A stretch of 64,000 nucleotides of DNA from an uncultured Acidobacteriota bacterium (GTDB taxonomy: Bacteria; Acidobacteriota; Thermoanaerobaculia; Gp7-AA8): positions 28,246 through 92,245 of the forward strand of contig CAVUKB010000007.1 of assembly GCA_963741955.1 (NCBI GenBank), in the 5' to 3' direction. This document shows, in pieces, positions 42,117 to 53,140 of the stretch. Both the position numbers and the translations under genes were made by a program. The number at the start of each line of letters is the position of its first letter. Positions within the stretch are counted from its first letter, which is position 1. Under the pieces are notes generated by a model that did no database searches, was not told the DNA's origin, and saw only the letters and a list, made by a program, of their open reading frames with translations.

Positions 42117-43385
42117 TCACGATGCCGCGTCGGCGGCGGAGATCACTTTCGCCAGGACGGCCGCTCTCGCAGGAACGCGCTTCATGTAATGCGTCGTTTC
42201 GCTGAGTGACCGGATCAGACCTGCGCGCAGCCGGGTGATGTTGACCTCACCGGCGTTGTACAGCGCCGCGGTCCACTCGTCCAGTCCGGAGTGCGGAACG
42301 CCGAGCCGGGTCGCTTCCTGTTGCTTGGTCGTGAGGTGCTGCGAGAGGAATGCGGCCATCGCCTGCGGCGAGAATCGAACGTCCAGAACCTTTCCGAGAT
42401 ATTCACCGGCCTCGTATGGATGCTGCTGGATGATCGTGTCCGGCTTCGCGTGGTAGTGCTGCCGCAGGATCGCATCGCGGCGCGAGGTCAACTGGCGCTG
42501 GTACTTGCTCCAGCCGGCCCGCTGCAGGTTTCGCAGGTACCGGTAGTCGCGGCGGATCCGGTTCCGGTACCGGATCAGCGAGCGGCGCGATGCCCGATGG
42601 TCGATCAGCCGTCCGAGCTCTGCGAGAGCTTCACGGTTGTGCGCGTCGGCCGCGGTGATGTGGCGGTAAAAGACGTCGTTGGCGACCGGACGAAGCGCTT
42701 CGAGCTCGCCCATGCCGACCCGGCGCAGCTTCTGCGCGGACGCGAGAAGCCGCTTCGCGTTGCGCCGCGTCTTCGCGTCGTTCCTGCGGATCAGCATCGA
42801 AGCGATCCGGTCGGCATCGTTGAGAGGCTTCTTCATGATGTACGCACGCGTTCCGATCAGATACGCGTTCGTGACGTAAAGCTTCCCGTTCCCTCCCTCA
42901 GAGAGGTACGCGGCCGGGGTTGCCTGGGCCAGTCCCGCCGCGCCGGCGGGAGAGATCGCCAGGACCTTTCCGCGCGTCTCTGTCCACGCGATCGCGAGGA
43001 GGTAGTTCAGGGGGATCGGACTGTTCTGCTGATCGACGGTCGTACGCAACACGTGAACGAGCTTCGCCGGATGTCGGGTCTTCCACTGCGCCAGCTCGGA
43101 GGTGAGGGCCTTCTCGACCGCGGCAGGAGCCGCGTCGGCCGCGGTCTCGGGAGCGGTCACGTTGGTGATCAGCGGCCGGTTGCCCATCTCGAGTTGAACC
43201 GGCGGAGAGGCGGGGCTCGCCTGGTGAACGGCTTCTGATTGCTCGACGCGCACCGGCGGAGGCGTAGTGTTTCGGCTGCCGAGCGAGGGCATCAGCGCAG
43301 TCGCTGCGGTCAGAGCCGCCGTTCCGGCCGCGATTGCGAGGGCGGTCACCAACGTCCGTCCAGGTGTCTTTCGTCGTCCTTTCAT
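42117..43385 (-). CDS. Lytic transglycosylase (SLT domain) protein, secreted
   Basis: LLAIAWTETRGK...SPAGAAGLAQATPAAY SLT catalytic-Glu region. Signal peptide after MKGRRK. AAGGAGG RBS upstream of the ATG at 43385. Confidence 0.65.
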   Translation of the reverse strand: MKGRRKTPGRTLVTALAIAAGTAALTAATALMPSLGSRNTTPPPVRVEQSEAVHQASPASPPVQLEMGNRPLITNVTAPETAADAAPAAVEKALTSELAQWKTRHPAKLVHVLRTTVDQQNSPIPLNYLLAIAWTETRGKVLAISPAGAAGLAQATPAAYLSEGGNGKLYVTNAYLIGTRAYIMKKPLNDADRIASMLIRRNDAKTRRNAKRLLASAQKLRRVGMGELEALRPVANDVFYRHITAADAHNREALAELGRLIDHRASRRSLIRYRNRIRRDYRYLRNLQRAGWSKYQRQLTSRRDAILRQHYHAKPDTIIQQHPYEAGEYLGKVLDVRFSPQAMAAFLSQHLTTKQQEATRLGVPHSGLDEWTAALYNAGEVNITRLRAGLIRSLSETTHYMKRVPARAAVLAKVISAADAAS

Positions 43386-43616
43386 CCGCGCGTGCTCCTC
43401 CTTTCGCTCTCCGTCGAGCGGCATGGTTCAAGCTTCAACTACTTGAAAAATAAGTGTCTTTGCCGCGTTACTACTAATAACATACGCGGCCGGCCGACGA
43501 TTCCAAAAGAGTGCGTTTGGGGCGTCTGGCGCAAGAATGACGAGGCAGGATTTGCGTGTTATGCAAACTGGGCGAGGCGGGCGCCCAACCCCGAAGCCGA
43601 GCGCGTCTCGGGTCGG

Positions 43617-44918
43617 TCAGTGGCCCTCTGCAGCGACCGGCTTATCGAGCTCTTCGATTGTCGCATCCGAGGCCTGCCGGCTCCGGCGGAGGCGCTCGGC
43701 TGTCGCCTCGACGCCGCGCATCACCCGGAGAACGTTCAGTCCGGCGATCTTCTCGAGATCGGCATCGCTGTAGCCGCGACGCACCAGTTCGGCAAAGAGA
43801 AAGGGAAAACGGTCCACTCCTTCCAGTCCCACCGGGGTCGAGCCGATGCCGTCGAAATCACTCCCGATGCCGATGTGGTCGATCCCAGCGACGTCCCGGA
43901 GATGGTCGATGTGGTCGGCGACGTCGCTGAGCGTCGCCCGAGGCATCGGATGCGCCGTTGTCCACTGGTCCATTTTCTGTTTCACGACATCGGGCTGTCC
44001 CTGATAAAGCTCCTCGAGGCGTCCGCGCTCCGCGTGTTGGTCGCCCACCCAGAGCCGGAGCGCCTCGGAGTCGAACGAGGGTACGAACGTCACCATCACT
44101 ACGCCGCCGTTCTTCGCCACTTTCCGGAGAACTTCATCGGGGACGTTGCGAGGATGATTCGTGAGCGCACGCGTGGACGAATGCGAAAAAATGACCGGAG
44201 CCTCCGTCGTCTCGAGCGCATCGGACATCGTCTCGGGAGAGGTATGAGAGAGATCGACGATCATCCCGAGCCGGTTCATTTCCTTCACCACTTCGCGTCC
44301 GAATGGAGTGAGGCCGTGATGGACGGGAGTGTCGGTGGCCGAGTCCGCCCATTCGGTGTTCTTCGAATGCGTGAGGGTCATGTACCGCCCCCCGAGCCGG
44401 TAGAGGTCGCGGAGGACCGCAAGGGAGTGGTCGATCGAGTGACCACCCTCGACGCCGATGAGCGAAGCGATCTTTCCTTCGCGATGGATCCGCTCCACGT
44501 CGTTGGCGGTCAGCGCCATCTCCAGCTGGCCTGGGTATGCGGCAGTCATCCGGTGCACCAGATCCATCTGCTCGAGCACCGCCTGGACCGCGCTCGCTCC
44601 TTCGAGCTCGACGGGGACGTAGACGGACCAGAACTGCGCTCCCACTTCCCCGTTCCGGAGACGCCCGAGATCGGTCATCAGAGGCTTTTCGAGTTTCGAC
44701 GTGTCGCTCCGGAGATCGATTTTCGAGAGGTGCGAGTCGAATTGCGTGCGGATCTCCCATGGAAGATCGTTGTGTCCGTCGATGAGTGGAACCTGATGCA
44801 GAATGGACCGCGCATGTTCCAGCATGGCCGGTGTCGGAACGGGAGCGGCCGGCTGCGCTCCGGCAGGCGGAAGGAATCCGAAGACGGACAGCAGCAGCAG
44901 AGAGACGACTCGCTTCAT
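43617..44918 (-). CDS. Membrane dipeptidase (peptidase M19, renal dipeptidase family), secreted
   Basis: DGHNDLPW and zinc-ligand HxD/E...H motifs. Signal peptide [16 protein letters not shown]. Confidence 0.85.
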   Translation of the reverse strand: MKRVVSLLLLSVFGFLPPAGAQPAAPVPTPAMLEHARSILHQVPLIDGHNDLPWEIRTQFDSHLSKIDLRSDTSKLEKPLMTDLGRLRNGEVGAQFWSVYVPVELEGASAVQAVLEQMDLVHRMTAAYPGQLEMALTANDVERIHREGKIASLIGVEGGHSIDHSLAVLRDLYRLGGRYMTLTHSKNTEWADSATDTPVHHGLTPFGREVVKEMNRLGMIVDLSHTSPETMSDALETTEAPVIFSHSSTRALTNHPRNVPDEVLRKVAKNGGVVMVTFVPSFDSEALRLWVGDQHAERGRLEELYQGQPDVVKQKMDQWTTAHPMPRATLSDVADHIDHLRDVAGIDHIGIGSDFDGIGSTPVGLEGVDRFPFLFAELVRRGYSDADLEKIAGLNVLRVMRGVEATAERLRRSRQASDATIEELDKPVAAEGH

Positions 44919-45121
44919 CGAAAGACCTCCTGATTGGACTCGGCCGCCATTGTAGACCTCAGGACTTCTGCTGCGGAGCGCGATCCGGGCCTCTCTGCGG
45001 GGTCAGACGACGATGTTGCTCCTCAAGGTAGTGCAGCGATGACGCCTCGTCGCAAGATCGCCATCTTCCTTGCATCCATCCCCCTTTGCGGGATCGCACT
45101 CCTCGCGACGAAATCCCGTGA

Positions 45122-45679
45122 ATGATCCGGGCTAGAATGCGGAACAGCAACACGATCGAACGGTCCTCGCCCGTGAAACAGATCTCAGACTGCACAGGGA
45201 TTCTCGACTGGATCCCCTCGAGCGCGCTTCGTCGCGACAGCGTCCTGCGTCACGCAGACGACGTTTATGCGGAGCTTCAGTGGAAGCGCTCCTTCGGTGC
45301 GATCGCGGAGGCGGAGACTTTCGAAGCGAAGTGGTCGCTGAAGCTGGAGGGATTTCTCTTCCGGCAGTGGGTCACGATCCGGAAGCCCGGCGAGTCGATG
45401 CCGGTGGCGATGTTCCAGGCCTCTCCCAGCTTCAACGGCACACTCGAGTTTCCCGACGGACATCGCTACCACTGGGACTCGAACTTCTGGCTCACCCGGT
45501 GGATCTGGAGCGATACACGCGGAATGGAGCTGATCCGCATGCAGCGCCATCTCTCGCTCCGGACCGAAGGGTGCGTCGAAGTGGTGTCCGACGAGAGTAT
45601 CGGCAACCCGGACCTCCCGCTCCTCACGGTCCTCGGGTGGTACCTGATCGTTCTGGTGACGGACCTCAGACCAGGATGA
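45122..45679 (+). CDS. Hypothetical protein
   Basis: Coding-like codon usage. C-terminal hydrophobic helix. No family recognised. Confidence 0.4.
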   Translation: MIRARMRNSNTIERSSPVKQISDCTGILDWIPSSALRRDSVLRHADDVYAELQWKRSFGAIAEAETFEAKWSLKLEGFLFRQWVTIRKPGESMPVAMFQASPSFNGTLEFPDGHRYHWDSNFWLTRWIWSDTRGMELIRMQRHLSLRTEGCVEVVSDESIGNPDLPLLTVLGWYLIVLVTDLRPG

Positions 45680-45747
45680 GGGAGGGAGGCGGCGACCGGC
45701 GCGCTCGTCCGGCCGCCCGCGCCTGATGCGAGGTAGAATGTTCGCCG

Positions 45748-46395
45748 ATGAGCGGAGTCGAGCGTCGAGCGTTTCAGCGGCTTCTCCTCGAGCAGCCCGT
45801 CGGAGGAAGCTTCTCCGGACAAGGTGTTCAGATCCTCGAGATCGGGGTGATCGGTGCGTTGATCTCCAATCACGTTCCCTTCGACCGGGGAGCTCAGTCC
45901 ACTCTCGGATTCGAATGGAAAGACGAACGGATCTCGCTCGAAGCCGCGGTCGTGCGCACCGAGTGCCACAGCTCCCCGGGAATGCCGGTGATGATGTACC
46001 AGACCGCGCTGCGATTCGTTCGTGCGATCGGAAACTCCGATCGCGCATTGCGTGACATGCTCACCTGCCAGGTCCGGCAGCTGCTGACCGAATATCACTG
46101 CGCGGAGGAGAGAGTCCCGATCCGCGAAAACTTCGACGCCGACGAGACGATGAAGATCCGGGAGGGATTCGTCACGTACTACCTCTCGGAGGGCGAGTGG
46201 CACCGGCGTCCGACTCTCCTTCCGGACCAGCCGGTCGCCGGCTTCACCGTCGCCTCCGATGAAGACCCTTCCGAAGTATCGCAACTGCGACGCTTCTACG
46301 AAGAAGCGGACAACGAGGGGATGCACCTGATCCGGCTGTTCGCTGAGCTGAGCGTCTGCCGGGCCGCGGGCATCCCCTTCAGAAATCCGCAGTGA
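45748..46395 (+). CDS. Hypothetical protein (weak PilZ-like RRxxxR at the N-terminus)
   Basis: ERRAFQR near the N-terminus. No clear DxSxxG, so only tentatively PilZ-like. Confidence 0.4.
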   Translation: MSGVERRAFQRLLLEQPVGGSFSGQGVQILEIGVIGALISNHVPFDRGAQSTLGFEWKDERISLEAAVVRTECHSSPGMPVMMYQTALRFVRAIGNSDRALRDMLTCQVRQLLTEYHCAEERVPIRENFDADETMKIREGFVTYYLSEGEWHRRPTLLPDQPVAGFTVASDEDPSEVSQLRRFYEEADNEGMHLIRLFAELSVCRAAGIPFRNPQ

Positions 46396-46413
46396 CCGAT
46401 TCGCGGACGACGA

Positions 46414-46758
46414 TCAGGCGGTCGCCACATCCGGGGCGTGACCACTGATCAGCCGCACCAGGTGTTCTTCGGGAACCAGTCCTACGATCCGCTCGGCAAC
46501 TTCTCCGTTCTTGAATAAAATGACCGTCGGAATCCCCTGAATGCCGAATTTCTGCGCGGTCGCCGGGTTGTCATCCACGTTCAGCTTCGCGACCTGCACC
46601 CGTCCGGCGAAGCGATCGGCGAGAGAGTCGACGACCGGACCGAGCACGCGGCAGGGGCCGCACCAGGGGGCCCAGAAGTCGACCAGAACCGGAGTCTCGG
46701 ACCGAAGTACATCCTGCTCGAAAGTTGCATCGCTGGTGTGGTTCACGTGATTGCTCAT
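46414..46758 (-). CDS. trxA: Thioredoxin
   Basis: WAPWCGPC active site. About 114 aa. Confidence 0.9.
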   Translation of the reverse strand: MSNHVNHTSDATFEQDVLRSETPVLVDFWAPWCGPCRVLGPVVDSLADRFAGRVQVAKLNVDDNPATAQKFGIQGIPTVILFKNGEVAERIVGLVPEEHLVRLISGHAPDVATA

Positions 46759-46876
46759 CTCAACTCCTTCCGAGGCGTCCGCCTCTTCACTTGTTCGTCA
46801 ATCGTCGAACAAAGCCGCGGAAGGGTTTATTCTTGACCTCGAGCGGACGCCGTAGCTCGGAGTCCCTGATGAATCC

Positions 46877-47197
46877 ATGAAGACGCTCTACCATCCGGAC
46901 CGTGAGGCGATCGAGCTTCCGGCGGTCCTCTACGCCCTCTCCGACCCGGTGCGGCTGGAGATCGCGCGGCGCCTCTGGAACCAGAAGGAGCTCTCCTGCG
47001 GCGCGTTCGAGCTTCCGGTGGCGAAATCGACCGCCTCTCACCACTTCAAGGTGCTGAGAGAGGCAGGGGTGATCCGGGTGCGACAGGAAGGGACGTCGCG
47101 GTTCGTCTCGCTCCGGCGCGATGATCTCGATGCGCTTTTCGAGGGGCTTCTGCCGTCCATCCTCCGCTCTCTCGGAACCAAGAAAAAGGAACTATGA
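46877..47197 (+). CDS. ArsR/SmtB family transcriptional regulator
   Basis: LSDPVRLEIARRL...ELSCGAF...STASHHFKVLREAGVI HTH region. Confidence 0.8.
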   Translation: MKTLYHPDREAIELPAVLYALSDPVRLEIARRLWNQKELSCGAFELPVAKSTASHHFKVLREAGVIRVRQEGTSRFVSLRRDDLDALFEGLLPSILRSLGTKKKEL

Positions 47198-47207
47198 TCC
47201 TCCGGAC

Positions 47208-47543
47208 ATGAAACCGAAGTTCATCGACGTGATGGGAAGTGAACTCGCGCTGGTCTGGGAAGACGGGCACGAGTCGTACTTCCCGCTCGACTATCTCAGA
47301 AAGCGCTGCCCGTGCGCGTACTGCGCGGGCGAGCCCGACCTGTTCGGCAATGTGAGCAAGCCGCCGGAGGAGCCTCTGACGCCGCTCTCGTTCCAGCTCA
47401 GCGGAATCGAACGGGTCGGGAATTACGGACTTCAGCTCAACTGGGCCGACCGGCACCAGTGGGGCATCTGGACGTTCGAGCGCCTCCGCTCTCTCTGTCC
47501 CTGTGAGGCCTGCCGGAGTCGTTCCGAGGGAGAAGACAGATGA
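47208..47543 (+). CDS. DUF971 (gamma-butyrobetaine hydroxylase-like N-terminal) domain protein
   Basis: Paired CPCAYC...CPCEAC Cys motifs and overall DUF971 pattern. Start at the internal ATG at 47208 so that it does not overlap the arsR-like gene. Confidence 0.6.
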   Translation: MKPKFIDVMGSELALVWEDGHESYFPLDYLRKRCPCAYCAGEPDLFGNVSKPPEEPLTPLSFQLSGIERVGNYGLQLNWADRHQWGIWTFERLRSLCPCEACRSRSEGEDR

Positions 47544-48514
47544 ATGCACCCGAAGCGCGCCGCGAACTCTACCCGGTCATCGAGCCGTACCTGACCGGAA
47601 GGCTCCGCGTGTCGCCGATCCACGAGCTCTACTACGAAGAGTGCGGAAATCCCGAAGGAATCCCGGCGGTATTCCTCCACGGCGGTCCTGGTGGAGGTCT
47701 GACCCCCGACTACCGCCGCTACTTCGATCCGGCCAGGTACCGGCTGGTCCTCTTCGATCAGCGGGGATCCGGACGGAGTACCCCGCACGCCGAGCTGCGC
47801 GAGAACACCACCTGGGATCTGGTCGCCGACATCGAGCGTCTGCGTGAGCACGTCGGAGTCGACGCGTGGCTCGTCTTCGGCGGTTCATGGGGAAGCACCC
47901 TCTCTCTCGCGTACGCCGAGACGCATCCGGAGCGCACGACGGCCCTGGTGCTGCGCGGCATTTTTCTCTGCCGGCCGAGAGAGATCGCCTGGTTCTACCA
48001 GGAAGGTGCCGACGCGATCTATCCGGACGTCTGGGACGCTTTCGTGAACGTCATTCCTCCGGAGGAACGGGGCGACATGGTCAAGGCGTACCATCGCCGG
48101 CTGACGAGCGACGATGAAAAGACTCGTCTCGACGCCGCAAAAGCGTGGAGCATCTGGGAAGGGAGCACTTCGAAGCTCCGTCCCGACGCGAATCTGATCG
48201 ATGAATTCGGCGAGCCGCAGATGGCACTCTCCCTCGCGCGTATCGAGTGCCACTACTTCACCAACAACGTGTTCTTTCCCACCGACAACTACCTGATCGA
48301 GAATGTCGGCAGGATCCGCAAGATCCCCGGAGTGATCGTTCAGGGCCGGTACGACGTCGTCTGTCCTGCGATGAGTGCGTGGGAGCTCCACCGCGCGTGG
48401 CCCGAAGCGAAGCTCGAGATCATTCCGGATGCAGGACACTCGATCACCGAACCGGGAATCATCGACGCTCTGGTCCGCGCCACGGATCACTTCCGGGACG
48501 TCCTCGGAGACTGA
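47540..48514 (+). CDS. pip: Prolyl aminopeptidase (proline iminopeptidase, S33)
   Basis: VFLHGGPGGG. GGSWGSTL nucleophile. ATGA overlap with the upstream gene. Full-length match. Confidence 0.9.
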   Translation: MNAPEARRELYPVIEPYLTGRLRVSPIHELYYEECGNPEGIPAVFLHGGPGGGLTPDYRRYFDPARYRLVLFDQRGSGRSTPHAELRENTTWDLVADIERLREHVGVDAWLVFGGSWGSTLSLAYAETHPERTTALVLRGIFLCRPREIAWFYQEGADAIYPDVWDAFVNVIPPEERGDMVKAYHRRLTSDDEKTRLDAAKAWSIWEGSTSKLRPDANLIDEFGEPQMALSLARIECHYFTNNVFFPTDNYLIENVGRIRKIPGVIVQGRYDVVCPAMSAWELHRAWPEAKLEIIPDAGHSITEPGIIDALVRATDHFRDVLGD

Positions 48515-48585
48515 CGCCGGGACGAGAAATCCTCTTGCACAGGCGGCGATTCTGGCGCATTCTCATCACCATCAGGGAGGATTCG

Positions 48586-49200
48586 ATGAAGACCATGCTG
48601 ACCCGTGCGGTCGTGCTCTGTGCCCTCTTTACGCTCGCGCTTCCTCTTCTCGCTCGAGGCCGGAAAGCCGGACCGACCGAGCCGGGAACCTACAAGGACT
48701 GGGGGGGTGAGGTCGACCAGCTGGTCATCGAGAGCCCGTTCCACCTTTCCGACTACCAGTTCGTGCGGGTCGAGGAGTTCGACACCAGCGAGACCCCTCT
48801 ACCGGAAGAAAAGGACAACACGTATGCTCCGGTGAAGAAGGTTCTCGCGGACGTCTCCACTCCCTTCGTGAAGGGGCTGGAACAGGAGCTCGGTGACCGC
48901 CTGAAGATCGACTCCTCGACCGGAGAGCCGGGAGCGGGAACGATCGTGATCCGCGGAAAGATCGAGACGATGGATCCGGGATCCAAGGCTGCGCGCTACT
49001 GGGCCGGATTCGGCGCCGGAGCGGCGCGGACCAGGATCGTCGGCGAAGCGATCGACGCTTCGAGCGGCAAAGTTCTCTTCCACTTTACCCAGGAACGACG
49101 ATCAGGCGTCGGAATGATGGGCGGTGACTACGTCGGTCTGATGGACCGCAACCTATCCGCCATCGGGAAAGACGTCGCCGGCGTTCTGAAGGCATTCTGA
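48586..49200 (+). CDS. Secreted hypothetical protein
   Basis: AGGGAGG RBS. Signal peptide MKTMLTRAVVLCALFTLALPLLA. Confidence 0.55.
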   Translation: MKTMLTRAVVLCALFTLALPLLARGRKAGPTEPGTYKDWGGEVDQLVIESPFHLSDYQFVRVEEFDTSETPLPEEKDNTYAPVKKVLADVSTPFVKGLEQELGDRLKIDSSTGEPGAGTIVIRGKIETMDPGSKAARYWAGFGAGAARTRIVGEAIDASSGKVLFHFTQERRSGVGMMGGDYVGLMDRNLSAIGKDVAGVLKAF

Positions 49201-49251
49201 CCCTTCGGCATCGAGCCCGGATTGCGCTTCGCAGCAGAAGGTCCGTGACCA

Positions 49252-49273
49252 GGCCGGGCTTCGAGTCCCGGCC
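49252..49273. terminator. Possible hairpin between convergent genes
   Basis: ggccggg-cttcgagt-cccggcc. No clear U-tract. Confidence 0.25.
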
Positions 49274-49281
49274 TCGACCCG

Positions 49282-49869
49282 TCAGTCGTGGATGACCATC
49301 GTGACCGGCTGGTCGAGGTAGATCACCCTGGTCGATCTGCTGTGGAAGATCCGCCGGTACCACGGTTCCGGTCGCGGTTCTCCTCCGTGATCCATCAGGT
49401 ACTTTGCGACTTCCGCGGCCTCCTTCGGAACCATCCGGATGCAGCCGTGTGACGCTGCCTCGCCGATCGAATCAGGATCGTTCGTGCCGTGGATGTAGTA
49501 GTCCGGCTCCTGAAAGAAGATCTTCACCATCTTCATCGGATTGTCGGGATCTCCAGGCTTCTTCGCCTCGGCGTTCTTCGCCCACGCTGCGTCGGGTGGT
49601 GGAACCCAGCCGGGATTCCAGATGATCTTCCGCACATTGAACTCACCGGTCGGGGTCGGATGACCGTCTTTCCCGACTGCAACACCGTAAGTGGAGACGA
49701 CATCGGATCCCAGGTGAACCTCCAGCTGCTTCTTCGACAGGCTCACTTCGATCCACGGAAGGTCACTCGAAGTTTCGTTCGTATTGCGCGCGAATGCGCT
49801 CGTCGCGGCGACGAGCATCAGTATGGCCGCGAGAGTTGCGAGTACAGGTCTCCTCCAGGGAGGGGTCAT
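49282..49869 (-). CDS. L,D-transpeptidase (YkuD domain), secreted
   Basis: HGT...SHGCIRM catalytic motif. Signal peptide MTPPWRRPVLATLAAILMLVAATSAFA. The 628-aa track ORF is a 5' extension. Confidence 0.8.
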   Translation of the reverse strand: MTPPWRRPVLATLAAILMLVAATSAFARNTNETSSDLPWIEVSLSKKQLEVHLGSDVVSTYGVAVGKDGHPTPTGEFNVRKIIWNPGWVPPPDAAWAKNAEAKKPGDPDNPMKMVKIFFQEPDYYIHGTNDPDSIGEAASHGCIRMVPKEAAEVAKYLMDHGGEPRPEPWYRRIFHSRSTRVIYLDQPVTMVIHD

Positions 49870-50051
49870 GTGGGGTTCCTTTCGATCGGTATTGCGGGGC
49901 GCGGACTTCGATGGCGGCTCTCGCTCGCCTCCTCTCGGACTGTGCCAGTCGAGGCGACGGATACGGCGGCGACACTTCCGCCAGGCCGCTCCCACACTCA
50001 CTCTTTTTGCAATGCGAATACCCATTTTCGAGCCGATCCGACGTTCCGGGA

Positions 50052-51431
50052 TCAAGGCGTTATCGGGGGCGCGATGGGTTTGATTCCTCGGGCGGAACGC
50101 ACGAGAAAGCGGGCGAGGAGAAGTGCAGCGACGACCGTCAGACCGGCGCAGAGTCCCCACCAGAGTCCGACCACTCCCATCTTCCGGTAGAACCCGAAAA
50201 AGAGAGCCACCGGAAATCCGACCAGCCAATGCCCGAGGATGTTCGCGACGAACGTGAATCGGGTCTCGCCCGCACCACGGAGGACGCCCGCGCCGACTCC
50301 CTGGATTCCGTCCGAGATCTGAAAGAGCGCGGCGATCCCGAGAAGCGGAATGGCCGCGGCGATCACTCGCGGCTTGTCGGTGATGAGGAGTGCGAGCCAT
50401 CCCGGCACGGTGAGAAACACGAGGGCGGAGAGCGACATGAATGCCGCCCCTGACGCGAATGCGACGATTCCGGCCCGGCGCGTTCCTTCCCGATCTCCGG
50501 CCCCGATCGCTCTTCCGACCCGCACCGACCCGGCGGAACCGATTCCCACCGCCACCGTGAACGTGAACGCGGCGAGGGTGAGCGTGACCTGGTGTGCGGC
50601 CAGCTCGACCTCTCCCAGCGTTCCTGCCAGCACTCCCACCAGCGCGAACACCGCGACTTCCGCACCCATGTGCAGCCCGACCGGGAGTCCGATCCGGAAC
50701 GCGTGGCGGATCTCGGGGCCGTGAATGCGCCGATGCGGAGATCCGTCGCTCTCGACCGGGATGCGGCCGATCGCACGCGCGAGCACCCAGACGAACAGAA
50801 GACTCCCGAGAACCGACGCGATTGCGGCGCCGCGGATTCCCATCGCCGGCAGGCGGTGAAGCGCGCCACACCATTCCGGAAGAATCGAACCGCCGAAGAC
50901 CAGCAGAATGTCTGCGGCGAGGTTGAAGACATTCCCGATCACCATCGCTGCCACGATCGGGCGCGTCACCAGGCGCGCCTGGAGGTAGGCCCGGAGGACC
51001 ATGAAGACGAGCAGCGGGATCAGGCTCGCGATCCGGATCATCAGGTAGGCCGACGCCGTGTCGATGATCGCCTGGTCGATCCTGAAGGCGCGGAGAAGAA
51101 GGGGTGACAATGCGAGAGGGAGTGACATCACACCGCCGATGAAGATCGAGAGCCAGACTCCCTGCCACATGATCCTTCGAGCGCGGAACGGTTCACCCGC
51201 GCCGAGTGCCTGCGCGGCGAGAGGATCGATTCCCATCACCACTCCGGCGGCGAAGATGGAGATCGAAAAGAAGAGCGCATTCGCGATCCCGATCGCACCG
51301 AGCTGCGTTGCGCCGAGCCGGCCGACCACTGCGGTGTCGACCACTCCCATCGCCTGCATTCCCGCCTGCGCCGCAGCGAGTGGAATGGCGAGCTCCCACA
51401 ACCTCCTCAGCTCGCGTCCGTATGCTTCCAT
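50052..51431 (-). CDS. MATE family efflux transporter
   Basis: 12 TM helices. N-terminal LAIPLAAAQAGMQAMGVVDTAVVGRLG typical of NorM/DinF. Confidence 0.85.
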   Translation of the reverse strand: MEAYGRELRRLWELAIPLAAAQAGMQAMGVVDTAVVGRLGATQLGAIGIANALFFSISIFAAGVVMGIDPLAAQALGAGEPFRARRIMWQGVWLSIFIGGVMSLPLALSPLLLRAFRIDQAIIDTASAYLMIRIASLIPLLVFMVLRAYLQARLVTRPIVAAMVIGNVFNLAADILLVFGGSILPEWCGALHRLPAMGIRGAAIASVLGSLLFVWVLARAIGRIPVESDGSPHRRIHGPEIRHAFRIGLPVGLHMGAEVAVFALVGVLAGTLGEVELAAHQVTLTLAAFTFTVAVGIGSAGSVRVGRAIGAGDREGTRRAGIVAFASGAAFMSLSALVFLTVPGWLALLITDKPRVIAAAIPLLGIAALFQISDGIQGVGAGVLRGAGETRFTFVANILGHWLVGFPVALFFGFYRKMGVVGLWWGLCAGLTVVAALLLARFLVRSARGIKPIAPPITP

Positions 51432-51572
51432 CGCTTCGGGATTCTAGCCCGGATTTCCGATCCGCCTGGTCGCACCGAAGCGAGGAGTTCGAAAGCCCTT
51501 CAGGCGGAGGAGTGGACCAGTGAGGCGGCTCTCGTCGGACGCCGCGCACGACCGCGTTCGAGAAGTGTCGGG

Positions 51573-52553
51573 CTACGAATGTCCGAGCACAGGGTGCGGC
51601 AGGTACGGTTCTTCCAGCGCGGCAATCTCCTCTGACGAGAGCGAGAGGTCGACTGCGCATATCGCCTGTTTCAGGTGCTCCATCTTCGACGCTCCGATGA
51701 TCGGCGCCGTCACTCCCGGCTTGTGGAGGATCCACGCGAGCGCCACCTGGGCCGGAGTGACTTCGCGTGCGGTCGCGATCTCCTTCACCCGGTCGACCAC
51801 TGCGAAATCGGCGTCCTGGTAATACATGGAATGGGCGAAGGTATCCGTACGGGCGCGTTCCGTGGTTCCCTCACTGCTCCGGCTCCGGTTGCCCGCAAGA
51901 AACCCGCGGGCGAGAGGACTCCACGGAATCACTCCGATCCCCTGATCCTCACAGAGCGGAATCATCTCCCGCTCTTCTTCCCGATAGATCAGATTGTAGT
52001 GGTTCTGCATCGACACGAACTTCGTCCAGCCGTGACGCTCGGATGTGGCGAGCATCTTCGCGAACTGCCACGCATACATGCTCGACGCTCCGATGTAACG
52101 TGCCTTTCCGCTCTTCACCACGTCGTGGAGAGCTTCGAGAGTCTCTTCGATCGGAGTGTCGTAATCGAAGCGATGGATCTGGTAGAGATCGACGTAGTCG
52201 GTGCCGAGTCGCCGCAGCGAATTGTCGATCGCATGAAAGAGGTGCTTACGCGAGAGTCCGTGATCGTTCGGAGCATCGGTCAGCGGGAAGTAGACCTTCG
52301 TTGCGATCACCACCCGGTCACGGTTGCCCAGATCGCGGAGCGCGCGGCCGAGAACCTCTTCGCTCTTTCCGATCGAATACATGTCTGCGGTATCGAAGAA
52401 GTTGATCCCCCCCTCGAACGCCTCGCGTATGAACGGTCGCGACTCTTCCTCGTCCAGAACCCAGCTGCGCCACTGGCTCGATCCGTAGGTCATCGCTCCG
52501 AGGCAGATCTTCGACACTTCCAGGCCGGTACGACCGAGTTTCACGTACTGCAT
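51573..52553 (-). CDS. Aldo/keto reductase
   Basis: MQYVKLGRTGLEVSKICLGAMTYG. AKR catalytic tetrad context (D, Y, K, H). Confidence 0.9.
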   Translation of the reverse strand: MQYVKLGRTGLEVSKICLGAMTYGSSQWRSWVLDEEESRPFIREAFEGGINFFDTADMYSIGKSEEVLGRALRDLGNRDRVVIATKVYFPLTDAPNDHGLSRKHLFHAIDNSLRRLGTDYVDLYQIHRFDYDTPIEETLEALHDVVKSGKARYIGASSMYAWQFAKMLATSERHGWTKFVSMQNHYNLIYREEEREMIPLCEDQGIGVIPWSPLARGFLAGNRSRSSEGTTERARTDTFAHSMYYQDADFAVVDRVKEIATAREVTPAQVALAWILHKPGVTAPIIGASKMEHLKQAICAVDLSLSSEEIAALEEPYLPHPVLGHS

Positions 52554-52556
52554 CAC

Positions 52557-53102
52557 TCAGACTCCTTTCCGCGGAGGGAGCGATTCAGCGGAATCCCCTC
52601 GCTCCGCCGGAGGTGAGAGGAGCGCATGAAGCAGGAGCAGAATCACTCCGGTCATGATTGCCGTGTCTGCGAGATTGAACGTCCACCAGTGAAAATAGCG
52701 GTGCGAGGTGCGGATGTAGAAGTCGAGAAAATCCGTGACCGAGCCATAGCGGACACGATCCGCGATGTTTCCCACCGCTCCCCCCATGATGAGGTGAATT
52801 CCGATCTGAAGAGCGAAATCGCGGGGGGGGTTCCGGAGCGAGTAGAACGAGAGAAAGAGCAGGAGAAGGATTCCCGCCGCCGAGAGAATCACGCGGGTGG
52901 TCTCGGGTCCGAGGGAGGAGGCGATCCCGAAGATGATTCCGGAATTTCTCACGTGGGTGAGTGAGAAGAATCCGGGAATCACTTCCACTCCACGTCCGAC
53001 GGGGAATCGCTCGATGATCCGGGCTTTTGTGACCAGGTCGGCCGTGACCACGGCCACGGCGAGCAAGCCGTACCCGATGCGGAGGATCAAGGAGCGATTC
53101 AT
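52557..53102 (-). CDS. lspA: Lipoprotein signal peptidase (signal peptidase II)
   Basis: Four TM helices. Conserved FNLAD and GGAxGN(x)DR motifs (GGAVGNIADRV). Confidence 0.85.
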   Translation of the reverse strand: MNRSLILRIGYGLLAVAVVTADLVTKARIIERFPVGRGVEVIPGFFSLTHVRNSGIIFGIASSLGPETTRVILSAAGILLLLFLSFYSLRNPPRDFALQIGIHLIMGGAVGNIADRVRYGSVTDFLDFYIRTSHRYFHWWTFNLADTAIMTGVILLLLHALLSPPAERGDSAESLPPRKGV

Positions 53103-53140
53103 CGGGGGAGTCTACCATCGGCGAGTGCGCCGAATCGGAG